A DNA stretch of 64,000 nucleotides from a virus (IMGVR_UViG_3300012347_000364:158826-222825); one strand, 5' to 3'. Numbered from the stretch's first letter, positions 10,216-19,783 are shown. Notes: a model not told the origin generated them from the sequence alone. Translations and numbers: made by a program.

Positions 10216-11544
10216 ATGGCATATATCGGTCAAGATATTGGAAGTAGAACGTCGAGAACTACTTCCACATTCACCTCAGCAAATAACCAAACAACATTCT
10301 TCCCGAATGGTGGGTATACACGAGGGTTTGTGGATGTATTCGTCGACGGAACTAAGAAACAAGACGGCGTCGACTACAACGCAAACAATAGCTTGTCTGT
10401 TGTCTTCACTAGTCCGGTGTCGAATGGAATGGTTGTCGAGACGGTAGCATACTCTCCTCTAGCATTGTGGACACACGTTGCTAGAACGGGTGATGCTATG
10501 ACAGGCGATCTAACCGTTCCTAGTCTAATCGCATCCAACAACGTCACTGGATCGAACGCTACGTTCGGTTCAATGAAGATCAACACAGGATTGACTGTTA
10601 ACAACGCACTGGTGGTAACTGGTCCGCTGACGCAAACTGGTGATGTTGCTCTTACAGGCAACTTGGTGCTTACAGGCAGTTTGATTATTACTGGTAACGC
10701 TACATCGGTTGCAACGCAATCGTTGGAAGTTGAAGATACGATCATTAAACTTGGTGCTAATAACAGTTTAGACACGCTTGACATCGGTTTCATTGGCCGA
10801 TACAGCAATGGTACTGCAAACGTGTGGTCAGGGCTTGTGCGCGATGCTTCAGAGCAGCACTATTGGCTGTTCACCGATTATACAGGCACCGTTAACAACA
10901 ACATTGACATCAACCATTCGAGTTTTGTTCTTGGAACAATGCACGCCAATTTCGAAGGTAATGTAACGTCAAACAACGTGCTCGCTACCGTAGTTAACGC
11001 TGGTAATGTCAACGTAACATCGTCATTGACAATCACCGGTGATGCTGCTGGTATTAAACAAAATACTACTACGGTATATGGTGGCGATGCTGGTGTTGGA
11101 TTTGGTCGTATCGAGTACTACAATAATGCTTGGGTATTCAACGCCGGCTCCGATAGCTCAGATGTAGCTATCTTCCAACGCGGCAACGAAGTTAAAGCTG
11201 TCATAGATAATACAGGAACATTTAGCGGCACAGCTAATAACGCATCTTATTTGGGTGGCGTTATATCTTCTAGCTATGCGCTCAAAGCCAACCCAACATT
11301 CACTGGTACTACCACTACAGCTGTTTTAGCTGCTGGCAATACTACTATCACTGGGTTCGCAAACGTTTCTACTACATTACAAGTAACTGGTGCAGCTACT
11401 TTTAGTAACACAATCAACGCTACTGGTTTGATTACCGGTACGATCACTACTGCAAACAACGCAACTTATTTAAATAGCCAAGCAGCATCTTATTACCTAG
11501 ATCTGGCTAACGCAACTGGCACTTTAAATGGGGGAACGTATTAA
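10216..11544 (+). CDS. Tail-fibre-like virion protein
   Basis: MAYIG start; shares segments with 1..1111 and 1427..4018; ends LNGGTY. Confidence 0.7.
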   Translation: MAYIGQDIGSRTSRTTSTFTSANNQTTFFPNGGYTRGFVDVFVDGTKKQDGVDYNANNSLSVVFTSPVSNGMVVETVAYSPLALWTHVARTGDAMTGDLTVPSLIASNNVTGSNATFGSMKINTGLTVNNALVVTGPLTQTGDVALTGNLVLTGSLIITGNATSVATQSLEVEDTIIKLGANNSLDTLDIGFIGRYSNGTANVWSGLVRDASEQHYWLFTDYTGTVNNNIDINHSSFVLGTMHANFEGNVTSNNVLATVVNAGNVNVTSSLTITGDAAGIKQNTTTVYGGDAGVGFGRIEYYNNAWVFNAGSDSSDVAIFQRGNEVKAVIDNTGTFSGTANNASYLGGVISSSYALKANPTFTGTTTTAVLAAGNTTITGFANVSTTLQVTGAATFSNTINATGLITGTITTANNATYLNSQAASYYLDLANATGTLNGGTY

Positions 11545-11556
11545 CGAGGATATATT

Positions 11557-12129
11557 ATGAGAGGTGAGTGGGCTTACTTTAAGGGATTTTTTAGTCCAGA
11601 AGAATGCAAGCAGATTGTTGAGGCAGGATTAAATATTCCAGCAGAAAGAGCAACAATTGGTTATGGTGATAGCAACGTTGTTGATAATGAATTTCGCCGA
11701 ACGAATATCAGATGGCTTCAGCGCAATGATAGTACGTGGGATCAATTGTATCAGGGGTTTGAATATTGTGCAAAGCGTGCCAATGAAGATTACTTTGGCG
11801 TTGAGTACAACAACTTACCATACATACAACTTGCGGAATATGATGCGAAGTTTGAAGGCGAGTATAAAAGACATGAGGATGTGTTTTGGGTAACCGACAG
11901 TCCTTATCATAGAAAATTAACGGTAGTCGTCCAACTATCAGATCCAAAAGAATACGAGGGAGGGAAGTTCGAATTTTTTGACTGCGCTCAGTATCCGGAT
12001 GCAGATGAGATCATACAACAAGGAACAGTTATTGTGTTCCCTAGTTTAAAGTTTCATGCAATGCAACCAATCACCAAAGGGGTGAGATACAGTTTAGCAG
12101 GATGGTTCGAAGGTCCAAAATGGAGATAA
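11557..12129 (+). CDS. 2OG-Fe(II) oxygenase (prolyl-hydroxylase-like)
   Basis: HxD (HED), RKLT, YEGG.F, FPS..FH...P...G.RYSL motifs. Confidence 0.9.
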   Translation: MRGEWAYFKGFFSPEECKQIVEAGLNIPAERATIGYGDSNVVDNEFRRTNIRWLQRNDSTWDQLYQGFEYCAKRANEDYFGVEYNNLPYIQLAEYDAKFEGEYKRHEDVFWVTDSPYHRKLTVVVQLSDPKEYEGGKFEFFDCAQYPDADEIIQQGTVIVFPSLKFHAMQPITKGVRYSLAGWFEGPKWR

Positions 12130-12130
12130 G

Positions 12131-13279
12131 ATGCCAGCAATAATTATAAAGAACTCACAAACAGCACTATCCGTGCCAACCGCTGGTTCCCTGCAGGTCG
12201 GGGAACTAGCTATTAACACAGCTGATATTAAGATTTATTCTAAGCACAGCAATGGTTCTATTGTACAACTAGCATCAACAGGTCCGACAGGCCCTGCCGG
12301 CCCAACAGGGCCTACAGGATCGCAAGGTCCTACAGGAGCTCCTGGCCCTACTGGCCCTACAGGACCAACAGGTCCGTCTGGCGCGCCATCTAGTGTAGCC
12401 GGTCCTACTGGCCCTACAGGCCCTAGCGGACCAACAGGTCCTACCGGTACAGCTGCTACATTATCTGTAGGTACTACAACGACAGGTCCAGCTGGTGGCT
12501 CTGCAAACGTAACCAATTCAGGCAACAGCTCAGTTGCTGTTCTAAACTTTACTATCCCTACTGGCCCTACTGGCCCTACAGGACCAACTGGATCTCCTGG
12601 TCCTACTGGTTCGACAGGACCAACTGGTAGTGCTGCTACCGTTACAGTAGGTACGACTACAACTGGCCCAGCCGGTGGCGTAGCGAACGTTACCAACTCT
12701 GGTACATCAACAGCAGCAACTCTCAACTTTACAATCCCTACCGGACCATCAGGCCCTACCGGCCCTACTGGTCCGACAGGCGGTCCAGGGCCAACAGGTT
12801 CTCCAGGCCCAACAGGCCCTACCGGACCAACAGGTACAACCGGTCCTACTGGCCCCACTGGTCCTGCAGGTACTTCATATACGACTGCTTCCAACGTTCA
12901 ATTAAACTCATTGGGTATTGGTACAGCTGCATCCGCTACAGCTGGTGAAATCCGTGCGACTAACAACGTCACTGCTTATTATTCTGACGATCGTCTAAAG
13001 GTTAAGCTTGGCTTGATTGAAGATGCATTAGCCAAAGTCGAACAATTGAGCGGCTTCTATTATGAAGCAAACGAAGTAGCACAAGCGCTTGGATATAAAG
13101 TTCAGCGTGAGGTTGGTGTATCTGCACAACAAGTTCAAGGCGTAATGCCGGAAGTAGTTGCACCGGCTCCAATCGATGATAAATATCTGACAGTAAGATA
13201 CGAGAAGCTCATTCCTCTATTAATTGAGGCAATCAAAGAGCTGAAACGTGAAGTAGATATTTTGAAACAGGTGAAATAA
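12131..13279 (+). CDS. Collagen-like tail fibre with C-terminal intramolecular chaperone (peptidase S74-like) domain
   Basis: (GPT)n triplets; YYSDDRLK cleavage motif; GVSAQQV..V.PE.V and [12 protein letters not shown]. Confidence 0.85.
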   Translation: MPAIIIKNSQTALSVPTAGSLQVGELAINTADIKIYSKHSNGSIVQLASTGPTGPAGPTGPTGSQGPTGAPGPTGPTGPTGPSGAPSSVAGPTGPTGPSGPTGPTGTAATLSVGTTTTGPAGGSANVTNSGNSSVAVLNFTIPTGPTGPTGPTGSPGPTGSTGPTGSAATVTVGTTTTGPAGGVANVTNSGTSTAATLNFTIPTGPSGPTGPTGPTGGPGPTGSPGPTGPTGPTGTTGPTGPTGPAGTSYTTASNVQLNSLGIGTAASATAGEIRATNNVTAYYSDDRLKVKLGLIEDALAKVEQLSGFYYEANEVAQALGYKVQREVGVSAQQVQGVMPEVVAPAPIDDKYLTVRYEKLIPLLIEAIKELKREVDILKQVK

Positions 13280-13282
13280 TAC

Positions 13283-14221
13283 ATGACTCTACCAGCATCA
13301 GGTCAAATAGCATTAAGCGACGTTAACGTTGAATTGGCGCGTTCATCTACGACCCAGCTAGCAATGAACGATAGTATTGCTCGTACGTTGGCCGCTGTTC
13401 CTAGCGGCCAGATTGCTATGAGTAACTTCTATGGTAAGTCTAATAAGTTCAACTTCAGCGCAACCATTGGTCCTGCAACAGGATACAATATTCGTAGTGC
13501 TGCTGTTGCGGGTGGATGGCCGGGTGCAGTAGATGCTGCAGTTACTATTACCGTTTCTCCTGGTACAATCGTTGGTGCTAGTGGAACTGGTGCATATGCT
13601 ATGGATACTGGTACACCATGGCCAGCAGGCAGCACTATTACTGTTATTAACAATGGATCTATAATGGGTGCTGGCGGTGCTGGCGGTGCTGGCGGTACTG
13701 CAGGTTTGTCCACAGCTGCGCCTGGATCCGGCGGGTCTGCTGGCGGCCCAGCGTTTTATGCACAACGCGCCGTCATTATCACCAATAATGGAACGATTGC
13801 CGGCGGCGGCGGAGGCGGCGGTGGAGGCGGCGGTCGCTACCTAACTGGAGTTGCACCTGCGCCGCCAACAGCTGCTGGCGGTGGCGGTGGCGGCGGTGGT
13901 CAAGGATCTATAACTTCAAGCGGTGGCGCAGGCGGTGTAGCTAGCGCTGCTCCTGGTACAAAGACGCCTGGTACTGCTGGTGGTACTGGTTCTTCTGGTG
14001 CTGCTGGCGGTGGTGGAGCGGGCGGTACAGCTGGCACTGCTATTGGTGGGGCGGGCGCTGCTGGTGGTGGATTGGGGGCTGCTGGCGGTACTGGTGCTAC
14101 AGGCACTGGTGCTACGGGTGGTGGTACAGGTGCTGGTGGCGGTGGCGCTGGTAACTATATAACAGGCGGCGGGAATGCGACGTGGCCGGCCACAGGCACT
14201 CGTTTAGGTGGCGCTGGTTAA
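13283..14221 (+). CDS. Polyglycine-rich receptor-binding adhesin (T-even gp38-like)
   Basis: INNGSIMGAGGAGG, GGPA, NNGTIAGGGGGGGG and terminal GTRLG motifs; directly follows the fibre gene. Confidence 0.7.
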   Translation: MTLPASGQIALSDVNVELARSSTTQLAMNDSIARTLAAVPSGQIAMSNFYGKSNKFNFSATIGPATGYNIRSAAVAGGWPGAVDAAVTITVSPGTIVGASGTGAYAMDTGTPWPAGSTITVINNGSIMGAGGAGGAGGTAGLSTAAPGSGGSAGGPAFYAQRAVIITNNGTIAGGGGGGGGGGGRYLTGVAPAPPTAAGGGGGGGGQGSITSSGGAGGVASAAPGTKTPGTAGGTGSSGAAGGGGAGGTAGTAIGGAGAAGGGLGAAGGTGATGTGATGGGTGAGGGGAGNYITGGGNATWPATGTRLGGAG

Positions 14222-14238
14222 ACAACTAAGATTACATT

Positions 14239-14607
14239 ATGAAGACATATAGAACTAAATTAATTAGCGTTGATCGAACAAACGATACTGCGTGTGTAGA
14301 ATTTAATATAGTTGAGGACGATGAAGTCGTTTACACGTGTCATCATCACACGCCCATCAGACCTCACCCAGACTTAATCAGATGTGCCACACTCGAGTGC
14401 ATTAATAATATGGCAGCAGCAGAGCATGCGGCAAGAGATCGCACTGAGGTGTATTCCTACATCGATAGTATGTTGGGCAAGACGTTCGAATACACCGATG
14501 AAATGGTGAGGTTAGAAACAAAGCAGTGGACGAGGACTGCTGGTAACTATGACGACCGTAAAGCTCTAGTAGTTGAAGTTTTAATTGAAATGGGATTGCT
14601 GAAGTGA
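14239..14607 (+). CDS. Hypothetical protein, paralog family A
   Basis: C-terminal LVVEVLIEMGLL motif shared with 15086 and 16557. Confidence 0.65.
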   Translation: MKTYRTKLISVDRTNDTACVEFNIVEDDEVVYTCHHHTPIRPHPDLIRCATLECINNMAAAEHAARDRTEVYSYIDSMLGKTFEYTDEMVRLETKQWTRTAGNYDDRKALVVEVLIEMGLLK

Positions 14608-15089
14608 ATCTGTATGAGGGCCATTTACAGTTGTGCGTCGATTTTTTGTACGGGCGACACGGAAACACCACGCAGACCGACATAGTAATGCCATATTATG
14701 GATTTTCAGTATATAACATAGATACTAAATCTGTTATCAGTCATACGTATTATACTCGGTATGGGTCTGATCATATCAAAATAAAAAACAACAAGGTATC
14801 TGAATATTATCAGATGCAGACAAAAAACGGGCTTTCGTTTATATCATATGATGTTGATACTGGTCGCTCCCTAGAATATTACACAAGCATAGACAACGTT
14901 CAGCGTAAGTATGACTATTATACACATGAACTCATGCAAGAAAGCTTTCTCATCGATGAATATATGGAACTGCCACAAGACTTCCGCGACAACCTTAAAG
15001 GTAGTGTAGTTACACCATTAACGCCTATATTATGTTATGGTAGGAAGCCATATGGTAGAATTGTAGAGTATGTGGGGCCGCTGCCATGA
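14604..15089 (+). CDS. Hypothetical protein, paralog family B
   Basis: TRYG.DH.K, LP.DF, YG.KPYG motifs shared with 15414 and 15955. Confidence 0.65.
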   Translation: MNLYEGHLQLCVDFLYGRHGNTTQTDIVMPYYGFSVYNIDTKSVISHTYYTRYGSDHIKIKNNKVSEYYQMQTKNGLSFISYDVDTGRSLEYYTSIDNVQRKYDYYTHELMQESFLIDEYMELPQDFRDNLKGSVVTPLTPILCYGRKPYGRIVEYVGPLP

Positions 15090-15436
15090 TCGTTATAGAG
15101 GTCGTTAGCGTTAACGAGGAAGCAAAGCATATCACTGTGCGCGCACACAGAATTGATTGTGAAGAAAGCGTCTTATTAAACTTCGATGTCTCCACATGCA
15201 CTATTGATCCAATGGATTGGATCGCAGAACAGTTATATGGAATTCTTTATACACACACGCCCGAAGTTGTAAATCATACACGGAGTTGGGATTTGAGTGT
15301 GTACAGCGGCCGTCAGTACACCTATAATATGGAAGATTTGAATAGAATCAATCCAATCATTCCTAAAGATGGATCGCTTAACGATTTAAAATCAATTATC
15401 GTGGAGGTGCTCGATGAGCTCGGCATCGTCAGATGA
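15086..15436 (+). CDS. Hypothetical protein, paralog family A
   Basis: DWIAEQ and LKSIIVEVLDELGIV motifs. Confidence 0.65.
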   Translation: MIVIEVVSVNEEAKHITVRAHRIDCEESVLLNFDVSTCTIDPMDWIAEQLYGILYTHTPEVVNHTRSWDLSVYSGRQYTYNMEDLNRINPIIPKDGSLNDLKSIIVEVLDELGIVR

Positions 15437-15989
15437 GCTACTCGTATATAAGTTCTTTGCTGAGAAATATAAACTTCCAAATAAAATAGAGGACGCACCT
15501 ATAGCGTTTAAACCCGTACGTGTGTGGGACTGGTATGACGTTGACAGGCAAATAATTCATGCTAGCAATTGGCAAATTAGGTATGGCGTCGACCACGTTA
15601 AAGTAGAGAACTCGACCATAACTGATTTTTACAAGAAGACGCGACTAAACAACAAATTAATCGTCCGACGATACGATGTACATACTGGCGACTTGTACGA
15701 AAACTACATGTACGAAGGTGCGTACACACAGATAAAGCTCTCAATAGACGGTCGTGTAAAACAAACGAATATATGCGCCAGATACCCTGCGTTGCCGATA
15801 TATTTTAAAAATAAATTGGCCAGTCATCCCAACAAGCATCTTATTTGTGGTTATGGTATTAAACCGTATGGTAATATCGTCGCGTTTTGGACTAGTGAGG
15901 AGTTAATGCGTAAATACCTATACGGCTGGGCAATGCTTCCTTTAGATAATGTGATTGATGATGTTAGAATTATTAAAAGAATTATGTAA
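15414..15989 (+). CDS. Hypothetical protein, paralog family B
   Basis: YDVD, IRYGVDHVK, LP.YF, YGIKPYG motifs. Confidence 0.65.
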   Translation: MSSASSDELLVYKFFAEKYKLPNKIEDAPIAFKPVRVWDWYDVDRQIIHASNWQIRYGVDHVKVENSTITDFYKKTRLNNKLIVRRYDVHTGDLYENYMYEGAYTQIKLSIDGRVKQTNICARYPALPIYFKNKLASHPNKHLICGYGIKPYGNIVAFWTSEELMRKYLYGWAMLPLDNVIDDVRIIKRIM

Positions 15990-16560
15990 AACGCACCCGC
16001 TAACAGAAGAACATCTAACAGTATATAACTTCTTTAGTGATTGGATGGGTAGATCTCGTTGTATTACGCTAGAGCAGCTACAATCCGATGTAGCTTTGGA
16101 AGTGATACCGTTTTATGATGTTCCTCTGAAGTATTGGGAGGTGTATGACGTTGATAAGCGTCAGGCGATCAACTACTCATACATAACGAGGTTTGGCGTA
16201 TACGCATTGAAGTGTTTTAATGGTGTTGTAGGAGATGAAATATACCACTTCTCCAGAATACAATCTCCATTTTACCAAGTTAAGTATGATGTAGGTGGTT
16301 ATCCCAACCCATCCGAGGCTTATACTATTAGCTACGGCGACCTACCTACTGAGTATAAATGGAAGGTTGGCGCAAAACAATTCACACAACGTAATGCCAT
16401 CAGCACAGGATATTACCAGTTGCCGGAAGATTTCCGCAGAGACTTAGTTTCTTACTCTAATAAATATAACATTATAACATACTCCCGCAAAGTGTATGGT
16501 ACGCGGGTGGTGGTGTCGTCCCTCACAAAAATACCATTATCTTTTAATGCTTTATTATGA
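15955..16560 (+). CDS. Hypothetical protein, paralog family B
   Basis: YDVD, TRFG, LPEDF, YSRKVYG motifs; exact start uncertain. Confidence 0.6.
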   Translation: MMMLELLKELCKTHPLTEEHLTVYNFFSDWMGRSRCITLEQLQSDVALEVIPFYDVPLKYWEVYDVDKRQAINYSYITRFGVYALKCFNGVVGDEIYHFSRIQSPFYQVKYDVGGYPNPSEAYTISYGDLPTEYKWKVGAKQFTQRNAISTGYYQLPEDFRRDLVSYSNKYNIITYSRKVYGTRVVVSSLTKIPLSFNALL

Positions 16561-16961
16561 TCTCAAGCGATTTATCATATACGATTGAACAGGACGTAAA
16601 TCCTGGTAATATATTAGTCAAGTATACATGCCAAGGCCAGTCAACGTCTTTAGTGTTCGAATGCGAACAATTGCGTGTTGGCGCATATAATATTCCCGAC
16701 TATATTGCTCTCCAGGGAGCAAGGGCGTTTGCAGAGATTGCGCGCAATATTGAGTTACCCACCACCACACCTTCTGTAGAAGAGCTGAAGCAGGATCTTG
16801 TTGGTATGCAACGGTCATATACACCGCTTGAAATTTCAACAATAGATGACTTGCCTCGAGTGTCACAAGTCGCCGACCTCACTGGCATTGTATTGGAAAT
16901 CTTACAACAACAAGGTGTAATCAGCACTCAGCCTCAAGGGTTTGAAACATGGCCAAGATAG
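16557..16961 (+). CDS. Hypothetical protein, paralog family A
   Basis: DYIALQ and LTGIVLEILQQQGVI motifs. Confidence 0.6.
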   Translation: MISSDLSYTIEQDVNPGNILVKYTCQGQSTSLVFECEQLRVGAYNIPDYIALQGARAFAEIARNIELPTTTPSVEELKQDLVGMQRSYTPLEISTIDDLPRVSQVADLTGIVLEILQQQGVISTQPQGFETWPR

Positions 16962-17731
16962 TAGGTACGTTTGGTGGACTGGACCCCTCTGGAGGCGCTG
17001 GCGTCATTGCTGACGTTAAGACAATATCTCAGCTTGGTTGCTACCCCGTGACTGCATTATCTACAATCGTCCCACAAAACACCGTTAGAGTATATGGGTC
17101 GTATAATGTGTCCTACGATCAATTCGAACAACAGCTCGAATCAATATACGACGATGTGGCACCGCATGCAGTTAAGACTGGTGCTCTCGCTAGCTACATC
17201 CATGTTAAAATGATTGCTGATCGGGTAGGCGACATACCGCTGGTGCTAGATCCTGTTCTCGTAGCAAGTACAGGATCACAAATTGTCAGCGACGACACGC
17301 TCGCAGCTATTAAGGCCTTTTTAATTCCAAAAGCAACAATAATCACCCCAAACATACAAGAAGCATCCTTCTTATTAAACAGGACAATAAACACAATAGA
17401 CGAGCAACGTGATGCAGCGTATGAGTTGTTGTCGTTGGGATGCGATTATGTACTCCTTAAGGGAGGGCATGGCCACAGCGATATCATACAAGACGTGCTA
17501 GTTGGACAGGGTATCGGAGTCGCTTTTGAACATCCTAGAATCAGAACCAAAAACACCCACGGCACTGGATGCACACTATCTGCTGCAATCGCTTGTAACC
17601 TGGCAAAGGAAATGGATGTTTGCTCAGCAGTAGAATTAGCAATTGATTTTGTGTGCAATTGTATTAATCGAAGCAATGAAACGAAAATAGGGCAGGGCAT
17701 AGGACCTGTATTACAATATGAATTACAATAA
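16949..17731 (+). CDS. thiD: Hydroxymethylpyrimidine/phosphomethylpyrimidine kinase (ThiD family), copy 1
   Basis: DPSGGAG..AD.KT, QNT, VKTG, DPV.VAS.G, TPN..EA, LKGGH, HGTGCTLS, IG.G.GP. Confidence 0.9.
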   Translation: MAKIVGTFGGLDPSGGAGVIADVKTISQLGCYPVTALSTIVPQNTVRVYGSYNVSYDQFEQQLESIYDDVAPHAVKTGALASYIHVKMIADRVGDIPLVLDPVLVASTGSQIVSDDTLAAIKAFLIPKATIITPNIQEASFLLNRTINTIDEQRDAAYELLSLGCDYVLLKGGHGHSDIIQDVLVGQGIGVAFEHPRIRTKNTHGTGCTLSAAIACNLAKEMDVCSAVELAIDFVCNCINRSNETKIGQGIGPVLQYELQ

Positions 17732-18533
17732 GACTGTTATTCCTGTGCTTACTATAAGCGCATCAGAGCCAACAGGTGGCGCTGGAACTTTTGCCGATCT
17801 GAAGACCATAACAACGCACGGTTGTTATGGTACTGCTGCTATGGTGGGTATTGTTTTACAAAACACTATGTCGATAGAGGATATCGTCTTCTTCGATAGC
17901 GCTTTGGTTGATCATCAGCTTAGTGTGTTGTTTAAGGACATTCCTCCGGTTGCTATGAAGGTCAGCGATTCGGGTGGTAAAGACACTATAGACGTAATTC
18001 ACCGATATGCGAGTGGGTGTAAGAATTTCATAGTGGATCCTGTATTAGTAGCTACTACAGGGGATCTACTATCAACAGAAGAGAATATAGAATATATGAA
18101 AAAGCGATTGTTTCCAATCGCTAGGATGATTACACCAAACATCGATGAAGCTAGTTTCTTGTGTGGGTTTCCTATTAAGAATCGAGATGATATGATCAGA
18201 GCTGGCCATAAGTTGCTCGAATATGGTTCTGAGTATGTTTTAATGAAGGGTGGTCACTTAGAAGACGATGTTGTGTTGGACATACTAATGAGTAAGGATC
18301 GTATCAAGGTGTTCCATCACAACCGCATAAATACTAAAAATATGCACGGAACTGGATGTGCTCTATCTTCGTCTATAATGTGTAATTTAGCTAAAGGGTA
18401 TGACGTCGAAGCATCTACCGAGCGGGCAGTTGCTTTTGTATATAATGGACTACTACAAAGTAAAGATTTATTTTTAGGGCATGGGTTTGGTGCTGTGTCT
18501 ACTTGTAATTTGATTGAAGTTGAGAGGGTATAA
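17718..18533 (+). CDS. thiD: ThiD-family kinase, copy 2 (divergent)
   Basis: EPTGGAG..ADLKT, QNT, DPVLVATTG, TPN.DEA, KGGH, HGTGCALS. Confidence 0.85.
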   Translation: MNYNKTVIPVLTISASEPTGGAGTFADLKTITTHGCYGTAAMVGIVLQNTMSIEDIVFFDSALVDHQLSVLFKDIPPVAMKVSDSGGKDTIDVIHRYASGCKNFIVDPVLVATTGDLLSTEENIEYMKKRLFPIARMITPNIDEASFLCGFPIKNRDDMIRAGHKLLEYGSEYVLMKGGHLEDDVVLDILMSKDRIKVFHHNRINTKNMHGTGCALSSSIMCNLAKGYDVEASTERAVAFVYNGLLQSKDLFLGHGFGAVSTCNLIEVERV

Positions 18534-18534
18534 T

Positions 18535-19716
18535 ATGGGTTCGAGTTTAACGTGTCGGGATAATATTAATTTATTTTTTAATATTGGTGTGAGCATATTC
18601 TTTATTCAGATAGGGATGTTATTTTTCCCCGGGTTGAATGTAATTGATTCAGTTGTGTGTGTGTTGGCTGGTACTGTAATTGGTACATGGATGTTATCTA
18701 AAATTGCTGAGATATCGGCGACGAATAACTTAACAACGGGCGAGATCTTCAACGAGGCGTTTGGCAGTAATCTAGGCACAAATCTATTGATTGGCATCAA
18801 CGCTTTTACGGTGGTAGGTTGGGCTGTACTGGAAGTAATGATCATTCAAAGCTTGGTCGCTGACCCGTTAGGAATCAGTCCTGTATTAGTTGCAATTGCA
18901 TCGGTTGCTGTCATTGCAGTGTTGTGTTTTACTAATGTGGTAGTTGCAATTAAAAAGGCAGTAGGTAAATATATTTCTCCTATATTGTATGCTGTAATGT
19001 TGTGGTTGACAGGCGTAGCAGTCGTTAACCTCGCCAACGTCGACATTGACACACTCAAACAAAGTTTACATACTGCAACAGGCGATATGCCTTTCTGGCT
19101 GGCTATGGATTTGGTGATTGCAATGCCGGTGTCGTGGGCGTTTATTATTAGCGAAATGACCAAACACTCAACCGATGGTAAGAGTGCTTTCCGCGGATCT
19201 TTCATCGGATACGCTATTGCTAATGCATGGTGCATGCTGCTGGGCGTAGCCTTTGCAATAACATCGCCAGGCACATTAGCAACCGATGTAGTATTAGCTC
19301 TACCGCTCGGGATACTGTTGGCATTTTTGATATCGTTAGCGGAACTTGACAATGGATACTCGAATGCATTATCAGCAATTGCTCAAGTAAATACGCTAAC
19401 AAAACAAACGTCAGACAAACTAATTGCTGCTGTTGTGTGTGTTGTTGTATTAGTATTGGCATTAACGCTCGATTTCTCGATGTATCAGTCGTTTGTGTTG
19501 GCTGTTGGATCAATTGTTGTTCCTGCATTGGGTGTGGTATTATCGCATTTTATTGGTGATATTAGAGGATCTTCCAAACAAGCGTTCTTTGCTTGGGCGG
19601 TTGGCTTAGTCGTTTACCAAGTCATAGCGAACTTTTTCCCGACAATCGGTGCAACGCTGCCTTCTATTGCGATCTCGTCTAGTTTGTACTGGATAATGTC
19701 TAAGTTCAACAAGTAA
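18535..19716 (+). CDS. NCS1-family (CytX-like) hydroxymethylpyrimidine transporter
   Basis: About 12 hydrophobic segments; VGW...E, MDLVIAMPVSW, ANAW...LG and ELDN.YSN..S motifs resemble CytX; adjacent to thiD; ATG 18535 preferred over TTG 18514. Confidence 0.75.
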   Translation: MGSSLTCRDNINLFFNIGVSIFFIQIGMLFFPGLNVIDSVVCVLAGTVIGTWMLSKIAEISATNNLTTGEIFNEAFGSNLGTNLLIGINAFTVVGWAVLEVMIIQSLVADPLGISPVLVAIASVAVIAVLCFTNVVVAIKKAVGKYISPILYAVMLWLTGVAVVNLANVDIDTLKQSLHTATGDMPFWLAMDLVIAMPVSWAFIISEMTKHSTDGKSAFRGSFIGYAIANAWCMLLGVAFAITSPGTLATDVVLALPLGILLAFLISLAELDNGYSNALSAIAQVNTLTKQTSDKLIAAVVCVVVLVLALTLDFSMYQSFVLAVGSIVVPALGVVLSHFIGDIRGSSKQAFFAWAVGLVVYQVIANFFPTIGATLPSIAISSSLYWIMSKFNK

Positions 19717-19783
19717 GTAAAGCGGGGGTTCCCGCTTTCTGCGAGAAAACGCAAAGATAAATAAGCCATATTAGGAGACTTAT

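Noticed and set aside
12280-12870. GGNCCNACN tandem repeats as a DNA repeat element or DGR target
   Set aside because: Third positions vary freely, so this is protein-level collagen periodicity; no reverse transcriptase or template repeat in the window
673-14106. Many long minus-strand ORFs opposite the fibre genes (e.g. 12235..12894)
   Set aside because: Shadow frames of Thr/Ala/Gly/Val-rich and collagen coding sequence; no RBS or recognisable motifs
16860-16960. TPP riboswitch upstream of thiD
   Set aside because: thiD overlaps the preceding ORF, leaving no leader, and no CUGAGA-type TPP aptamer core was found
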